A DNA stretch of 32,000 nucleotides from Moraxella nasovis. GTDB taxonomy: Bacteria; Pseudomonadota; Gammaproteobacteria; Pseudomonadales; Moraxellaceae. A program made the position numbers and the translations under genes. The DNA lies in assembly GCF_022701215.1 (NCBI RefSeq), contig NZ_CP089976.1, forward strand, positions 1,410,001-1,442,000, written 5' to 3'. Below the pieces are notes generated by a model that saw only the letters and a list, made by a program, of their open reading frames with translations, was not told the DNA's origin and ran no database searches. Of this stretch, positions 31,401 through 32,000 are shown piece by piece; the first letter of the stretch is position 1, and every line of letters starts with the position of its first letter.

Positions 31401-31756
31401 CCTACTTTTTGTTCAACCTTTTGTTCAATCGGCAGTCCGTGACAGTCCCATCCTGGTACAAATACAGCATCAAATCCAGATAGGTTCTTAGATTTAGTGA
31501 TGATGTCTTTTAGTACCTTATTAACGGCATGACCTAAATGAATCTGACCGTTGGCATACGGCGGGCCGTCGTGTAGGATATATTTTGGCAGGCCTTTTTT
31601 GGCGGTGCGTACTTTGTCATAAAGACGGTCTTTTTCCCAAGCGTCAAGCCATTTTGGTTCACGTTTGGCAAGGTCAGCTCGCATGGGAAAAGGCGTGTCG
31701 GCAAGGTTTAAGGTGGCTTTATAATCTGTTTGTGGGGTGTTTTTTTGGTCGGTCAT
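28454..31756 (-). CDS. ileS: Isoleucine--tRNA ligase (type 1) carrying an in-frame GNAT-domain insertion of about 170 aa in CP1
   Basis: HIGH motif (HLGH, aa 73-76), [38 protein letters not shown], and a C-terminal Zn motif CVRCWH...CTRC. It is one uninterrupted 1100-aa ORF. Confidence 0.95.
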   Translation of the reverse strand: MTDQKNTPQTDYKATLNLADTPFPMRADLAKREPKWLDAWEKDRLYDKVRTAKKGLPKYILHDGPPYANGQIHLGHAVNKVLKDIITKSKNLSGFDAVFVPGWDCHGLPIEQKVEQKVGKVGQKVDATEFRRLCRDYAKSQVELQMADFKRLGVLSDWDNPYLTMNFSQEANIVRALGKIYDNGHIVRGLKPVNWCLDCGSALAEAEVEYQDKASDAIYVGFDIVNKDALPALKDIDGNVQAVIWTTTPWTLPANQAITAHADFDYAVIKGEKVAPFAMPSELESDNFLLKTLSKADKEALFNKAKDPTIWELMPEKRHLPEVFEPFFDKAVKEKAFAIIHKATGEIVGTTRFYDDNPATSTVGIGFTFITPAFWGTGANGEIKQALLNYAFKHRNTVRFQIHQGNERSKKAVQNIGGVYQKDVENEHGKKWHYTIDNPMPIAQTASFIVAHDLVDDFAKNIGLQNVEILATVKGSDLSTLKAQHPLINERQVPIITGDHVTADSGTGLVHTAPAHGVDDYNVGRANNLPTENPVGGNGVYLDEAKVFVGEHIYKAQPKIIETLAQSGHLLNHTKITHSYPHCWRHKTPIIFRATPQWFISMEKLGLRQNALDDIKNVKWTPAWGQNRIEAMVCDRPDWCISRQRTWGVPIAFFTHKDTHELHPRTSELIEKAACMIEKGGVEAWFEATAEDFLGEEAANYHKVTDTLDVWFDSGTTHFAVLEQNNDLQSPADLYLEGSDQHRGWFQTSLLTSEAIHGRAPFKQVLTHGFVVDEKGRKMSKSLGNIIEPQREIDKTGADMLRLWIASADYRYEMSAGEKVFKGAVDSYRRIRNTVRFLLANTSDFNPATDSIAFDELVSLDKFILKQAKDTQNTIIAAYDEMEFHQVVQAIGMFCSQSLGGFYLDIIKDRTYTTRSDGKARRSAQTALYHIAQALVRWIAPILPFTAQEMWEFIRDNDADQEYIFTQNWYDIPAPALTDVTESDWQAILAVKDLVNKAIEDARSDGIVTSNLTAHATIHADGDTFNALAKLGDEAKFVFITSGVSLAQGKAAISITPADGSKCVRCWHITDTVGTDSEHSDICTRCATNAFGDGELRYYA
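30446..30904 (-). other. GNAT (Acetyltransf_3/RimL-like) N-acetyltransferase domain embedded in IleRS (aa ~285-437)
   Basis: [15 protein letters not shown]...[20 protein letters not shown]...[30 protein letters not shown] (motif A, nt 30581-30637)...[21 protein letters not shown] (motif B). It is flanked by IleRS CP1 residues on both sides. Confidence 0.8.
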
Positions 31757-31801
31757 GGCGATGTCATCAGTAAATTGGCTAAATTATTATTAAAACTGTC
31801 A

Positions 31802-31829
31802 ATTATAGCCTAAAACGCTGTTTTGATAA
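31802..31829 (-). promoter_or_regulatory. Candidate sigma70 promoter for ileS
   Basis: Minus strand: TTATCA (31824-31829), 16-nt spacer, TATAAT (31802-31807), about 45 nt upstream of the ileS ATG. No ribF-like ORF lies upstream within the window. Confidence 0.4.
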
Positions 31830-32000
31830 AGGTTTGTTGGTTAAAAATAAGATTTATATCGGGTTTGGTAAATTTATTTAAAGAGTTTATTTAAAGAGTT
31901 ATAGTGTTGCTGGCTTAACCAATCGTGATGTAGGTTTGGTCTTTATAGGGGCAACGACTGACTTGGGTTTGGCTCATAAATTTTTTGATAAATGACTTGA

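Overview
This window looks like a core-chromosome segment of a roughly 42-44% GC gammaproteobacterium. Gene content and order fit Moraxellaceae (Moraxella-like); that assignment is inferred, not verified. About 27 housekeeping CDS and one tRNA are present. On the + strand: tatD-family (5' partial), tcdA, epmB, tRNA-Val(GAC), yfhL-type ferredoxin, a TonB-dependent receptor with a candidate Fur box, ackA-pta, an enoyl-CoA hydratase-family gene, pyrB plus a degenerate dihydroorotase-like pyrC', a small membrane protein, groES-groEL, a stand-alone rplS, uvrC and a PlsC-family acyltransferase. On the - strand: efp, the lptM-lysA-dapF-xerC cluster, yaaA, a yihY-family gene, a signal-peptide protein, an MliC-like lipoprotein, and ileS-lspA-(citE-like)-fkpB. 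I saw no IS element, prophage, CRISPR array or obvious defence island. The main anomaly is ileS. It encodes 1100 aa rather than about 940, because a complete, motif-bearing GNAT N-acetyltransferase domain of about 170 aa sits in-frame inside the CP1 editing domain. I do not know of any described aaRS-acetyltransferase domain insertion of this kind. Secondary observations: a G9 homopolymer in the 5'UTR of the MliC-like lipoprotein gene next to a perfect palindrome over its -10 box; a CitE-like lyase gene wedged into the ileS-lspA-fkpB operon; a Pta lacking most of its N-terminal regulatory region; a stand-alone rplS with a structured leader; and an AT-rich spacer after tRNA-Val that is open in two frames.
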